Assembly: GCA_963814865.1 (NCBI GenBank)
Contig: CAWFEN010000009.1
Span: 167,041-231,040, forward strand
DNA from: an uncultured Alphaproteobacteria bacterium
Lineage (GTDB): Bacteria; Pseudomonadota; Alphaproteobacteria; ATCC43930; CGMCC-115725
Direction: 5' to 3'
DNA: 64,000 bases
Shown here piece by piece: positions 1-9,766 of this stretch. Numbering within the stretch: position 1 is the first letter of the stretch; each line of letters opens with the position of its first letter. The position numbers and the translations under genes were made by a program. The notes below the pieces were generated by a model, which was given only the letters and a program-made list of their open reading frames with translations, did not search any database and was not told the origin of the DNA.

Positions 1-2
1 AT

Positions 3-170
3 CTCGGCTGGCAGACCGCGCGCAAGATCGCCCGCGCCGTAAACGACGCCTGCAGCTTCGATACAGACGAGTTTCCCGATCACCCGCTCTATTCCGGAAA
101 TCCCTGGTTTTTGCCGCTGGTCGGCGGCTGGTACCGCCTGCGCGACCGGCTCGACCGCCTGCTCGCCTGA
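3..170 (+). CDS. 3' end of a gene truncated by the window edge (family not recognised)
   Basis: Frame 3 is open from the window edge to TGA at 168-170 (..LGWQTARKIARAVNDACSFDTDEFPDHPLYSGNPWFLPLVGGWYRLRDRLDRLLA*). No family assigned. Confidence 0.35.
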   Translation, partial: LGWQTARKIARAVNDACSFDTDEFPDHPLYSGNPWFLPLVGGWYRLRDRLDRLLA

Positions 171-250
171 CAGAGATGTAAGTTGTCCGGAGATTGTCCG
201 CCGCGTCCGCGCCAGGGCGGCCGGAGGGTCTCTGGGGTGGGAGCAACCCG

Positions 251-1280
251 ATGCGCGGCAATCTTTGCGCCATTTTTCGTCTGGTCGTGCTCGTTGCTGC
301 GGGCTGTGCCGCAGCCGCCGCTTCGGCAGCCGGGACCGCGGCAGCGGCGCCGGCCAACGCGCCGGCGTCGTGGCAGTCGCCTGACCCCAACGCTCTGCCG
401 GACAATGAGTTTGGACGCAGCGTGCGTTTGGGACGCGACCTGATCGCCCACACCTCGGTGCTGCTCGGTCCCGACGCTGCCGATCCGCGCGAGCGCTTCG
501 CCGGCAATGGACTTGATTGCGCGAGCTGCCACCTCAAAGCGGGCATGCAGCGTTTCGCGCTGCCCCTTGTCGGCATTTGGCGAACCTATCCCGCCTTCAG
601 TGCGCGGCTCGGGAAGATCGAGACCATGACGGAGCGGGTCAATGACTGCATGGAGCGCAGCATGAACGGCCGCCCGTTGCCGGCGAACGGTCCCGACATG
701 AGCGGCGATCCTCGCTTATCTGCAATTCATCGGCTCCGTGCCGGACACCGAAACTCCCTTTTGGGGACACGGGGTCCCGAAACTCCGGCTGCCCGACCAC
801 GCCGCCGACCCGGGGCATGGAGGTGCGGTGTACCGAACGATGTGCGCCGCCTGTCATGGGCCTGCCGGTGCCGGCGTCCGCTATTCGGCATCCGAGCAGC
901 GCCGCCAACAAAGACGCTACCTTTATCCGCCGCTCTGGGGCCCGGACAGCTACAACGACGGCGCCGGAATGGCGCGCAACATCACTGCGGCATGGTTCGT
1001 GCGCGCGAACATGCCGGACGGGGTCACCTTTGCCGATCCGATATTGAGCGTCGATGACGCCTATGACGTCGCCGCCTATGTCAACCAGCACCCGCGACCA
1101 AACAAGGCGCGGCTCGACGCGGATTACCCCGATCGCTGGTTGAAGCCTCCCGACGCCGCCTTTCCGCCGCTGCTTGGTCCGTTTCCGCCGCTGCAGCATG
1201 CGCTCGGCCCGTGGCCGCCGATCAGCGAGTGGCTGAAGGCGCATTCGCCGACCCGGGCGTCACCGCCCGCGGTAGACTGA
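251..1280 (+). pseudogene. TsdA/SoxA-like dihaem c-type cytochrome, reading frame broken by a 1-nt indel (or sequencing error)
   Basis: Signal-like N-terminus [28 protein letters not shown]. Two CxxCH motifs (CASCH, CAACH) and NDCMERSMNGRPLP. Similarity continues from ORF 194..1057 into ORF 738..1280 (..PDMS | AAILAYLQFIGSVPDTETPFWGHG..), with the switch near 699-705. Confidence 0.6.
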
Positions 1281-1338
1281 GGCTCAGATATTCCGTTCTG
1301 CTGTATGCTGAAGCGTGATTTCGAGAGGAGGAAGCGAG

Positions 1339-1626
1339 ATGGATTTCGAGACGTACCGGGGATCGATCGCGCAGGACGAACCGCCCGACGGGTTGGGCAT
1401 GGCGGCGCAGGCGCTGTGGTGGGAGGCCAAGGGCGACTGGACCCGCGCCCATCAATGCGCGCAGAAACAGCCGGATGAAATGGGTGCCTGGGCGCATGCC
1501 TATCTGCACCGCGTCGAGGGCGACATGTCGAACGCCGGCGGCTGGTACCGCCGCGCCGGCCGCCCGCTCTCGGCCACGCCGTTGAAGGAGGAATGGGAGA
1601 CGATCGCGCGGGCGCTGCTGGGTTAG
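1339..1626 (+). CDS. small conserved hypothetical protein
   Basis: ATG at 1339 is preceded by GAGGAGGAAG. The 95-aa product is MDFETYRGSIAQDEPPDGLGMAAQALWWEAKGDW... No family recognised. Confidence 0.45.
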   Translation: MDFETYRGSIAQDEPPDGLGMAAQALWWEAKGDWTRAHQCAQKQPDEMGAWAHAYLHRVEGDMSNAGGWYRRAGRPLSATPLKEEWETIARALLG

Positions 1627-2327
1627 GCAGACGCCGCGGCGAGCCATTCGGCCAGACACGCCGCGCCCTTGATCGCGGCCTCCCGCGCGAAGCGTTCGGT
1701 GTCGTGTCGCAACGCCGCCGGCGTCAGGGTCGACGCGGCGGCGACCTCGACGGCGTGTCCGACGAGCCAGCGCTCGAAGCCGCGACCGCCGATTTCGGGA
1801 TGGAACTGGCAGGCGAGCGCATGCGGTCCGTAGGCGAAAGCCTGGTTCGGGCAGGTCTCGGTCGAGGCGAGCAGCTCGGCTCCTTCCGGCAGGTCGAAGG
1901 TGTCGCCATGCCAATGAAGGACCGGGACCCCGGCGAAATGCCGCAACGGCCCGGTCTGGCCCGCCTCGCTCAGATGCAATTCCGCCCAGCCGATCTCCTT
2001 CGCCGGGCCGGGATAGACGCGGGCGCCGAGCGCTTTTGCCATCAGCTGCGCGCCGAGACAGATCCCGAGGGTCGGGCGCGCCGCGGCGAGGCGGCGCTCC
2101 AGTAATGTCAGCTCCTCGGCGAGAAACGGATAGGCGGCCTCCTGATAAGCCCCGATCGGGCCGCCGAGGATTATGACCAAATCGGGCGTCAGCGGATCGA
2201 CGTCGCGGAGGTCGTCGACCCCGATGTCGCAATAGCGGACGGCGTAGCCGAGGCGGCGCAATACCGCATCGAACGCACCGAGATCCTCGAAATGGACGTG
2301 CCGAACGGCAACAGCGGTTTTGGTCAC
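1623..2327 (-). CDS. class I glutamine amidotransferase (GMP synthase-like GATase domain protein)
   Basis: LIILGGPIGAY, GICLGAQLMAKALG (nucleophile Cys) and QFHPE (His/Glu) motifs. GTG at 2327 is preceded by GGGAGG 8 nt upstream; the longer ORF to 2618 overlaps the HIT gene. Confidence 0.75.
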   Translation of the reverse strand: MTKTAVAVRHVHFEDLGAFDAVLRRLGYAVRYCDIGVDDLRDVDPLTPDLVIILGGPIGAYQEAAYPFLAEELTLLERRLAAARPTLGICLGAQLMAKALGARVYPGPAKEIGWAELHLSEAGQTGPLRHFAGVPVLHWHGDTFDLPEGAELLASTETCPNQAFAYGPHALACQFHPEIGGRGFERWLVGHAVEVAAASTLTPAALRHDTERFAREAAIKGAACLAEWLAAASA

Positions 2328-2352
2328 GAGCAGCGCCTCCCGCCCGACATTC

Positions 2353-2796
2353 CTAGCGCGCATCGCGTAGTCGGGCGCGGAGCCGAGCGGCCATATCGGC
2401 GATATAGGCACTGTCGCCGATCGCATCGTCTCTGCGGCTGCGGTCCCAATTGAGCGGGAGATCGTCGCCCGCCCGCCGCGGCAGGACATGGACGTGGACA
2501 TGGGGCACCGTTTGCCCGGCGGGCGCGCCGTTCGCCTGCACCAGGCTGATCCCGCCGGGCCGCAGCACATCGTCGACCGCGCGCGCCACCTTGACGACGG
2601 AGGCGGCCACTTCGGCAAACGCCGCGGGCGGCATCTCGAGCACCGTGCGGAAATGCGCTTTCGGGATCACCAGGCAATGCCCGTCATTCGCCGGATGGAT
2701 GTCCATGAAGGCCAGGATCGCATCGTCCTGATAGATCTCCTCGCATGGGCTCGTTCCGGCAGCGATCCGGCAGAATATGCAGTCGACGTCAAGCAC
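2353..2796 (-). CDS. HIT family hydrolase
   Basis: CIFCRI.., HCLVIPK and the histidine triad HVHVHVLPR. Confidence 0.85.
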   Translation of the reverse strand: MLDVDCIFCRIAAGTSPCEEIYQDDAILAFMDIHPANDGHCLVIPKAHFRTVLEMPPAAFAEVAASVVKVARAVDDVLRPGGISLVQANGAPAGQTVPHVHVHVLPRRAGDDLPLNWDRSRRDDAIGDSAYIADMAARLRARLRDAR

Positions 2797-2833
2797 GGGT
2801 TCTCCCCTCGCCTATGGCGCGAAGGCGATGAGG

Positions 2834-3121
2834 TCAGACGGCCGCCTTCTGTCCGTAGCGGCGGCCGGCCAGGTAGCGCGCACCCTGCGGCCCGGACCGC
2901 TCGGCGTGCCGCCGTCCTGCGGTGATCGCGCAGATGTCGCCGGCGCGGTAGGTATGCTCGTCGCCGTCGCAGACGATCGTCATCTCGCCTTCGAGAACGA
3001 GAACCCGGGCGTCGAACTCGTGGGCGTGCTCGGGGTTTAGCGCGTTCGCCTCCATCCGGCGATCGACGACTTCCAGGTAACCCTGCCCGTGCAGCTCGGT
3101 CTCGAATTCGATCCTGTCCAT
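2834..3121 (-). CDS. cupin domain protein
   Basis: MDRIEFETELHGQGY..EHAHEFDARVLVLEGEMTIVCDGDEHTYRAGDICAITAGRRH fits the two-motif cupin pattern. ATG at 3121 was chosen over the long GC-rich extension. Confidence 0.6.
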   Translation of the reverse strand: MDRIEFETELHGQGYLEVVDRRMEANALNPEHAHEFDARVLVLEGEMTIVCDGDEHTYRAGDICAITAGRRHAERSGPQGARYLAGRRYGQKAAV

Positions 3122-3278
3122 CGGTTCCTCCGTCGATAGCCGTCGGCGATCGTGCCGCAGGCAGCATTTTAGCACGCCCAGGAGCCGGCAGGAGATCACC
3201 TCGGCGTGACGTGAGCAGCAGGGCGCGCGTACAATCCTGCGCGGCCCCAATCGGCGGCAAAGACGGGGGAGTGGTCCG

Positions 3279-4469
3279 GTGGCCGGTGTTCTCGACGGCA
3301 TGCGCGTTCTCGATTTCGGGCGCTACATCGCGGGGCCGTTCTGCGCTGCGCTGCTCGGCGATCTCGGCGCCGAGGTGATCCGCATCGAGCGGATCGGCGG
3401 CGGCGAAGACCGCTTCTTCATCCCGGTCGGCGCCGAGCCGGAAGGCGGCGGCGCCATGTTCCTGGCGATGAACCGCAACAAGCTCGGCATGACCCTGGAC
3501 CCCGCCGCACCCAAGGGCCGCGAGATCGTCAGGAAGCTCGTCGCCACCGCCGATGTCGTCGTCGCCAACCTGCCGCCGCAGGTGCTGCGCGGCTTGGCGC
3601 TCGACCTCGACAGCCTGCGCCTCGTCAAGCCCGACATCATCCTGACCACGGTCACCGGTTTCGGCGCCGGCGGGCCGTTGAGCCACAAGCATGGCTTCGA
3701 CGGCATCGGCCAGGCGATGAGCGGCGCCGTTCATCTCTCCGGGACGCCGGAGCAGCCGATCCAGATCAAATTGCCCTGGGTCGATTTCGGCACCGCGTGC
3801 CTGTCGGCATTCGGCACCCTCGCCGCGCTCCTCGAACGCGGCAAGACCGGGCGTGGCCAAAAGGTCGAGGGCGCCTTGCTGCGCACCGCGATCGCCTTTG
3901 CCAACGCCACCCTGATCGAGCAGGCATTGACCCAGGCGAACCGCACCGCGACCCTCAATCGCGGCTTCAACTCGGCGCCGGCCGACATCTTCCGATGCAG
4001 GGACGGCTGGATCGTTGCCACCGCGATCGGCATGCCGATGTTCCGGCGCTGGGCGAGAATGATCGGCGAGGACCATTGGCTCGACGACCCGCGCTTCCGG
4101 GACGACCAGGCGCGCGCCGACAATGGTGCGGTGATCTCGGCGCGGATGAGCGAATGGTGCGGCGAGCGCAATTGCGCCGAGGCGTTGGCCGCGCTCGAAC
4201 AGGCCAGCATCGTCGCCGGCCAGGTCTATTCCCCGCAGCAGGCGCTCGACGACCCGCATATCCGCGCCGCCCGCCTCCTCGAAGACGTGCCGCATCCGGC
4301 CCTCGCGACGAGATTTCCGCTCGCCCCGACCCCGGTCGACCTCTCCGAAACCCCCGGCACCTACCGCCGCCCCGCCCCGCTACTCGGCGAGCACACCGAC
4401 GCGATCCTGGCGCAGCTCGGCTACGGCGAAGCCGAGATTGCCGCGCTGCGCAAGGAAAGGGTGATCTGA
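3279..4469 (+). CDS. CaiB/BaiF family (class III) CoA-transferase
   Basis: GMRVLDFGRYIAGPFCAALLGDLGAEVIRIE N-terminal signature and the expected length of about 396 aa. GTG start with GGGGGAG upstream. Confidence 0.8.
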   Translation: MAGVLDGMRVLDFGRYIAGPFCAALLGDLGAEVIRIERIGGGEDRFFIPVGAEPEGGGAMFLAMNRNKLGMTLDPAAPKGREIVRKLVATADVVVANLPPQVLRGLALDLDSLRLVKPDIILTTVTGFGAGGPLSHKHGFDGIGQAMSGAVHLSGTPEQPIQIKLPWVDFGTACLSAFGTLAALLERGKTGRGQKVEGALLRTAIAFANATLIEQALTQANRTATLNRGFNSAPADIFRCRDGWIVATAIGMPMFRRWARMIGEDHWLDDPRFRDDQARADNGAVISARMSEWCGERNCAEALAALEQASIVAGQVYSPQQALDDPHIRAARLLEDVPHPALATRFPLAPTPVDLSETPGTYRRPAPLLGEHTDAILAQLGYGEAEIAALRKERVI

Positions 4470-5035
4470 TGAGCAAGGCTTTCGTCAAGGAATCGGATGG
4501 CGAGGCCGACCTGCCCGACGAGCCGCCGGCGGTCCCGGTCGGGGTCAAGAATTACATGACGCCGCGGGGCCACCGCTGCCTGCAGGACGAATTGCGCCAA
4601 TTGCTGCGGGTCGAGCGGCCAAAAGTGGTGGAGACCGTCGCCTGGGCGGCCGGCAACGGCGACCGTTCGGAGAACGGCGACTACATCTACGGCAAGCGCC
4701 GGCTGCGCGAGATCGACCGGCGCATCCGCTTCCTGACAAAGCGGCTGGAAAGCGCCGAATTAGTCGACCCGACGCAGCAGAAAAAGCGCGACCAGGTATT
4801 TTTCGGCGCGACCGTCACCTATGCCAACGAACGCGGCAGCGAGATCACGGTCACGATCGTCGGCATCGACGAAGCCGACCTCGTCCGTGGCCAGGTCAGC
4901 TGGGTATCCCCGATCGCCCGCGCCCTGATCAAGGCGCATCAAGGCGACATCGTCGAACTGCGCGCCCCGGCCGGCGTGGAACAGATCGAGGTGCTCAGCA
5001 TCCGCTATCTCGATTCCGAGGGCGATGCGGGCTGA
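4469..5035 (+). CDS. greB: transcription elongation factor GreB
   Basis: NYMTPRGHRCLQDELRQLL..ERPKVVETVAWAAGNGDRSENGDYIYGKRRLREIDRRIRFLTKRL. The ATG overlaps the upstream stop (TGATG). Confidence 0.8.
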   Translation: MSKAFVKESDGEADLPDEPPAVPVGVKNYMTPRGHRCLQDELRQLLRVERPKVVETVAWAAGNGDRSENGDYIYGKRRLREIDRRIRFLTKRLESAELVDPTQQKKRDQVFFGATVTYANERGSEITVTIVGIDEADLVRGQVSWVSPIARALIKAHQGDIVELRAPAGVEQIEVLSIRYLDSEGDAG

Positions 5036-5527
5036 GCGACGCCGCCGGCATAGAGTATCGATCCGTCGGCATTATAGGCGACGCTCGGCACAAACGCCCC
5101 CGCGATCGCCCGGTCTTCGTCCAGGTGCGGTCGCGCCGGCGTTGGGCGATGTTGCCAACGCCGTAATGATCGCTGCGGCGGCAAACCCGCAGTGCCTCAG
5201 AAAGCGACTGGCTTTTTGCGGACGAGCCGGCGAAATTCTATGCGAGACCCGACCGGAATAAATATGGTCCACTTTTTCGCAAGGCAATGTTCGATATCCC
5301 TCCGCCCGCACCGGATCGCCGATCCCGTCAGTGTTTCAATGCAATTTTTCGATTTTTTATCCTACGTTAGTTGATGAACTTAATCAAGTAGAAATCAAAC
5401 CGCTTCGACCCGGCGCAGGCCGGCGCCAATTTCTATCATGACAGCGGTTTTCGCCGGATCGGGCCGCAACAGCCGGGTTCTCGAGAGGGATGCCGGCCTG
5501 CTCACGATTGTGCATGCCGCGCGCTGC

Positions 5528-6703
5528 CTACCGCCGATCGACGCCGGCGAAATAGAGCTTCGGGTCGGCGGCGCGGATATGGGCTTCCGGGAGCCCCAGT
5601 TCGCGGCGGACGATATTGGTGCCCTGGACCAGCGCCACGCATTTGTAATAGGCGATGCGGCGCGACAGCCCCTCGCGGCCGAAGCCGCAATCGGTGGTGA
5701 CGACCAGCCGCTCGGGCGGGATGTATTCGAGCGCCTTCCTGATCAGCCCGGCGACGTATTCGGGCGGCTCGACGATCGTGTTGCAATGGTTGACGACGCC
5801 GATGCCGATCTTCTTGTCGGTCTTGTATTGAGCGAAGAGCGGCAAATCCTTGCCGTCGCTCGATGCGCATTCGAAGGTGATGACGTCGGCGTTGAGCTGT
5901 AACAGATGGGGCAGCGCGCGCTCGTAGCTCGGCACCTCCCAATAGACCCGCTGCTGGTTGGGGTTGCCCCAGCAGGTATGCGCCCAGATCTCGGCCTCGA
6001 CCCCGACGAGCTGGCGGTTGAACACCTCGGTCTGGAACTCAAGGTCCGCCTCGGTGCAGTCGGGCCGCGTCGTCAGCCCGTGATGGCGCGGCTCCTCGAC
6101 CTGGATCAAGGGGCAGCCGGCGGCAGCCAATTCGCGCAGCTCGGCATTCATGATGTCGCAGAGCTCGAGCACCATCGCCTTGTCGTCGGGATAATGTTGG
6201 TTCCACAGCATGCTCGCCAGGGCGGGTGCACAGATCGCGCCGAACTTGACCGGGCGGTCGCTGAGGCGCTGGGCGATCTGCCACAACGCGGCATATTCGA
6301 GCGGCCCACGGGTCAGCTTTTCGGTGACGATCGCCGGCTGGTAGGCTTCCTGCACCTCCCACAGGATGTGGCCGGGCTGAAGCCCGTGCCGGCCCATCCA
6401 GCCTTGCGACGTATCGCGGTGGCCGTGGATGCCGCCCAATCGCTCGATCGGGTAGAAGAACCACGACTTGCCGCCGACCGCGAGATCGAAGCGGCTGTCG
6501 CCGTCGGTGACGATGTCGAGACCCGCCGCCTCCTGCGCATTGATCACCGCGGCGACGGCGTCGAGGTATTGCTCGCGAAACAGCGAGTCGCCGAGCGCAG
6601 CTTTGAACGACCGGCCCTGAAGGCTCGCATCGAACCACAATGGGCGCGGATAAGACCCGGTGATTGCCGTCGGCAGCACCAGGTCGCGGGTGGCTGTCAG
6701 CAT
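5528..6703 (-). CDS. cobalamin-independent methionine synthase II (MetE C-terminal-like) family protein
   Basis: LPTAITGSYPRPLWF.., AGLDIVTDGDSRFD, WAHTCWGN and VVTTDCGFG motifs; 391 aa. Confidence 0.7.
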   Translation of the reverse strand: MLTATRDLVLPTAITGSYPRPLWFDASLQGRSFKAALGDSLFREQYLDAVAAVINAQEAAGLDIVTDGDSRFDLAVGGKSWFFYPIERLGGIHGHRDTSQGWMGRHGLQPGHILWEVQEAYQPAIVTEKLTRGPLEYAALWQIAQRLSDRPVKFGAICAPALASMLWNQHYPDDKAMVLELCDIMNAELRELAAAGCPLIQVEEPRHHGLTTRPDCTEADLEFQTEVFNRQLVGVEAEIWAHTCWGNPNQQRVYWEVPSYERALPHLLQLNADVITFECASSDGKDLPLFAQYKTDKKIGIGVVNHCNTIVEPPEYVAGLIRKALEYIPPERLVVTTDCGFGREGLSRRIAYYKCVALVQGTNIVRRELGLPEAHIRAADPKLYFAGVDRR

Positions 6704-6712
6704 CGCCGGCTC

Positions 6713-7258
6713 CTAGACCCGCAGCACCTCGGCGTTTGGCGCCGCCTCCAGCTCGCAGGCGTTCACCGTCATCGCCAGCATGCTGTAATAGCCGATCGCC
6801 CCGGTCAGCTGGATCAGGGCGTCAGCGCCGAGCCGCGCCCGCACCGCGCCGAAGGTGGGCTCGTCGACCCGGTGCCGGCGCAGCAGCTGGCGGGTGAAAT
6901 CGACGATCTGCGCGTCTTCGGGCGGGATTCCGCGCGAATGGTTCTCGCGGATCGCCGTGATCGTCGCCTCGGGCACGCCGAGCCGGCGGGCGCCGCCGGT
7001 CTGTGCGCCCCAGACATAGACCAACTCGAATTCGCGCGCGGCCGTCATCGCCGCCAGCACCCGCACGCGCATGTCGAGCGAGCCCTCGAAGCGGACATAG
7101 GCGCCGAGATGGGCGACCCGGCCGGCCAGCTCCGGCGAATGCAGGAACATCGTGAACGGCCCCTGCACCGCGCCGCGGCTGGCGACGATGCTGTCGAAGA
7201 CCGCATGGTCCTTCGCCGCAACCTGGTCCTTGCCGGTGATCGGGGGGAGCCTTGCCAT
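6713..7258 (-). CDS. carboxymuconolactone decarboxylase (CMD/AhpD-like) family protein
   Basis: MARLPPITGKDQV..FTMFLHSPELAGRVAHLGAYVRFE..REFELVYVWGAQ. ATG at 7258 has AAGGAA upstream. Confidence 0.65.
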   Translation of the reverse strand: MARLPPITGKDQVAAKDHAVFDSIVASRGAVQGPFTMFLHSPELAGRVAHLGAYVRFEGSLDMRVRVLAAMTAAREFELVYVWGAQTGGARRLGVPEATITAIRENHSRGIPPEDAQIVDFTRQLLRRHRVDEPTFGAVRARLGADALIQLTGAIGYYSMLAMTVNACELEAAPNAEVLRV

Positions 7259-7344
7259 GATCCCATTCCTTTTCGCGATCGGTTGCATAGTTCAGTCGAA
7301 AGTCAAATCCCGCGCAATAGCGCGCTCATCTTCGTTCGACCGCC

Positions 7345-7659
7345 TTATGACATCTTCACGTCGCTGATTTGGATGACGGGTTGTATGGCAGTATAATTGG
7401 GGATGTCGGCCATGATCGCTGCCGCATGCGGTGCAAATGCCGCCTGAAACAACTCCACGGTGTCGAACAGCAGATGCCCCATCGCGACATAAGTCGGATG
7501 GGTTCCCGGCGCCCCGCCCCCGAGGCCTTCCTCGACCGCCGCCCCCTTGCAGGCGGCGCCGAGCTTCTGGCGCACCATCGGGATGTGGCTGCCGAGATAA
7601 TAGCTCATATCGAAGCCGACCCCCTCCTGGTAGGGGTAGAGCACGCTGACTTTGATCAT
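7345..7659 (-). CDS. EthD family protein
   Basis: MIKVSVLYPYQEGVGFDMSYYLGSHIPMVRQKLG.. (104 aa). ATG at 7659 has GGAGGA upstream. Confidence 0.7.
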   Translation of the reverse strand: MIKVSVLYPYQEGVGFDMSYYLGSHIPMVRQKLGAACKGAAVEEGLGGGAPGTHPTYVAMGHLLFDTVELFQAAFAPHAAAIMADIPNYTAIQPVIQISDVKMS

Positions 7660-7878
7660 GGTTTTCCTCCTGGTCGAAGGCTGCCCGGTTCTGGCGCGGC
7701 CGGCGCGTCGGCGGTCGTCGTCCTGTCGGCCGGCGAACCGTTCACCCGCCTCGGCTCCGGCGCCGTCATGTGGTGAGATTATATTCAGATTAGGATCACG
7801 GGCAATGTGAGAGGCGTCCTCGATACGGAGCGGATATCGACGCTTGTCTCGGCACCGAAGACCTATAACATCCTTGCC

Positions 7879-8127
7879 ATGGCCGACGAACCGATCACCC
7901 TCGAATTCCTCGCCCGCCAGCAGCAGCGGCTGCTCGACGAAATGGGCTCGATGCGCGGCGAGATGGGCTCGGTGCGCGATGACATGCAGGTGCTGACCGC
8001 GATGGTCTTGCGCCTCGACGGCACGGTGGGGCTCGTCCTGACGGAATTGCGGGCGATGCACAGCCAGCATCAGCGCCTCGCCAACCGCGTCCGCCGCCTC
8101 GAGGAACAGCGCGAAGAACCGACGTAA
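7879..8127 (+). CDS. small coiled-coil-like hypothetical protein
   Basis: MADEPITLEFLARQQQRLLDEMGSMRGEMGSVRDDMQVL..RLANRVRRLEEQREEPT. No clear SD and no family recognised. Confidence 0.3.
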   Translation: MADEPITLEFLARQQQRLLDEMGSMRGEMGSVRDDMQVLTAMVLRLDGTVGLVLTELRAMHSQHQRLANRVRRLEEQREEPT

Positions 8128-8202
8128 CCGGGCTTTCTCACGGCCGACGCCGTGCTCCTGCACCGCTGGCAATAGGTGGATTGGAACCCCTGCAAAAGGG
8201 GT

Positions 8203-8238
8203 TTACCGCAAAGTACGCTGAGGATGCGCAGAGGACGC
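8203..8238. repeat. left arm of the 36-bp imperfect inverted repeat bracketing the GxxExxY gene
   Basis: ttaccgcaaagtacgctgaggatgcgcagaggacgc. Its reverse complement matches 8627-8662; the inner 19 nt and the outer 8 nt are perfect, and the intervening 9 nt match only partly. Confidence 0.85.
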
Positions 8239-8243
8239 CAGCC

Positions 8244-8621
8244 TTAAAGACCATTCACCATCCTAATTATGCCGTCGCGCATGTGCGGAGCATGAAAGTT
8301 CAATAAATATCCGAGCTTGAAACGGCCAAGTCGGAGATAGCTCAACAGCTGGCTGCGATGGACCGGAAGCAGCACCGCCACGGCTTTCAGCTCGACGACA
8401 ACAGAATCCTGTACGAGTAAATCGATACGATAGCCGTTGTCGATCAGCAATTCCTCGTAGCGAACCGGAACCACAACCTGTCTTCCGACCCGCACACGTC
8501 GCTTTTCGAGTTCATAGACCAGACAGGTTTCGTATGCGCTTTCGAGCAAGCCCGGCCCGACCGTGGAATGAACCTTGATCGCAGCGCCGATCACGAGTTC
8601 GCCGATCTCGTTTTCGGTCAT
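8244..8621 (-). CDS. GxxExxY protein (PD-(D/E)XK nuclease-like fold family)
   Basis: VGPGLLESAYETCLVYEL (the GxxExxY motif), YRIDLLVQDSVVVELKAV, and LSYLRLGRFKLGYLLNF. Confidence 0.85.
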   Translation of the reverse strand: MTENEIGELVIGAAIKVHSTVGPGLLESAYETCLVYELEKRRVRVGRQVVVPVRYEELLIDNGYRIDLLVQDSVVVELKAVAVLLPVHRSQLLSYLRLGRFKLGYLLNFHAPHMRDGIIRMVNGL

Positions 8622-8626
8622 GCGCA

Positions 8627-8662
8627 GCGTCCTCTGCGCATCCTCGCCGCCCTCTGCGGTAA
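8627..8662. repeat. right arm of the inverted repeat bracketing the GxxExxY gene
   Basis: gcgtcctctgcgcatcctcgccgccctctgcggtaa. It starts 5 nt upstream of the GxxExxY start codon and ends 5 nt from the ADH stop codon. Confidence 0.85.
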
Positions 8663-8667
8663 TACTT

Positions 8668-9766
8668 TCAATCGAAGGTCAGCACCGTCCTCGCGACTTC
8701 GCCGGCTTTCATGGCGCGGAAGGCTTCGTTGATGTCGCCGAGACGGCCGCGCCTGGTGACCATGCGCGTCGAGGTCGAGGCGGCCCTGGCGGTAGAAATC
8801 GAGATAGAGCGGGATGTCGGTGCGGAACCGGTTCGAGCCCATGCGCGAAGTCTGCACCTTGCATTCGGGGCGGATCGCCATCCATGGGAACTCGATCATC
8901 GCGTCCGGCGGCAACACGCCGACGATCGTCGCGGTGCCGCGGATAGCCAGGCTCTCGATCGCCTGCCGCACCAGCTTGGCGTTGCCGACCGCCTCGAAGG
9001 CGTGATCGACCCCCAACCCGCCGGTCAATGCCCGCACCCTTTTGACCGGATCGTCCTCGGCGCTGTTGACGAAATGCGTGGCGCCGGCGCGGATCGCCAT
9101 CTCGCGCTTTGTCTCGAACTGGTCGACGGCGATGATCCGGCTGGCGCCGCCGATGCGGGCACCCTGGACGATCGACAGCCCGACCCCGCCGCAGCCGAAC
9201 ACGGCGACCGTCTGCCCGGCCTGGAGCCCCGAGCTGCGCAGCGCCGCGCCGACCCCGGTCAGCACGCCGCAGCCGACCAGTGCGGCCTTGTCGAGCGGCA
9301 ATTCGGGATCGATCCGGACCAGCGAGTTTTCGTGCAGCAGCATCTTTTCGGCATAGCTCGAAATGCCGATGAACTGGCGGACGGGTTGTCCCTTCTGCGA
9401 CAGCCGCGGCGCTGCGGTCTCGGGCCGGGTGACCAGGCCGCCGGTGCACAAATTCGGATGTCCCGACAGGCATTGCGGGCAGCTCCCGCAAAAGCCGGAG
9501 AGGCAGGCCACGACGTGGTCGCCGGGCCGCACGGTCGTCACCTCGGCGCCGACCGCCTCGACGATGCCGGCACCCTCGTGACCGAGCACGATCGGCCGAT
9601 CGAGCGGGAACCGCCCGATACCATCGACGACATGCAGGTCGCTGTGGCACACGCCCGTGGCCGCGGTGCGCACCAAGACTTCGCGCCCCCACGGCTGGTC
9701 GATCTCGACCTGCTCGATCGTCAGCGGCTCATGCACCTTGCGGAAGACAGCGGCCGCAGCTTCCAT
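8668..9766 (-). pseudogene. Zn-dependent (MDR) alcohol dehydrogenase with a 1-nt indel near its 3' end (or sequencing error)
   Basis: GVCHSDLHVVDG, GHEGAGIVEAVG, CGSCPQCLSG and GCGGVGLS motifs. After ..YRQGRLDLD the family-typical tail MVTRRGRLGDINEAFRAMKAGEVARTVLTFD* is in another frame ending at TGA 8668-8670. The indel is near 8762-8768. Confidence 0.75.

Noticed and set aside
2667-4295. 542-aa ORF antisense to the CoA-transferase gene. Similar long antisense or out-of-frame ORFs occur at 10281..11594, 22157..24094, 23461..26097, 31129..32607, 32528..34273, 39594..42770, 44573..45862 and 59188..62133.
   Set aside because: They are Arg/Ala/Gly/Pro-rich with no recognisable motifs, and each fully overlaps a gene with strong family signatures on the other strand or frame. 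This is the usual stop-codon-poor artefact of high-GC DNA.
5240-5440. An AT-rich ~200-nt stretch in the convergent gap between greB and the MetE-like gene, considered as a possible sRNA or SAM riboswitch.
   Set aside because: It lies downstream of both genes, so it cannot be a 5' leader. I could find no conserved riboswitch core or clean terminator, and I cannot support an RNA gene from sequence alone. A weak protein-like antisense stretch (..DRAIAGAFVPSVAYNADGSILYAGG..) near 5040-5130 is too short to call.
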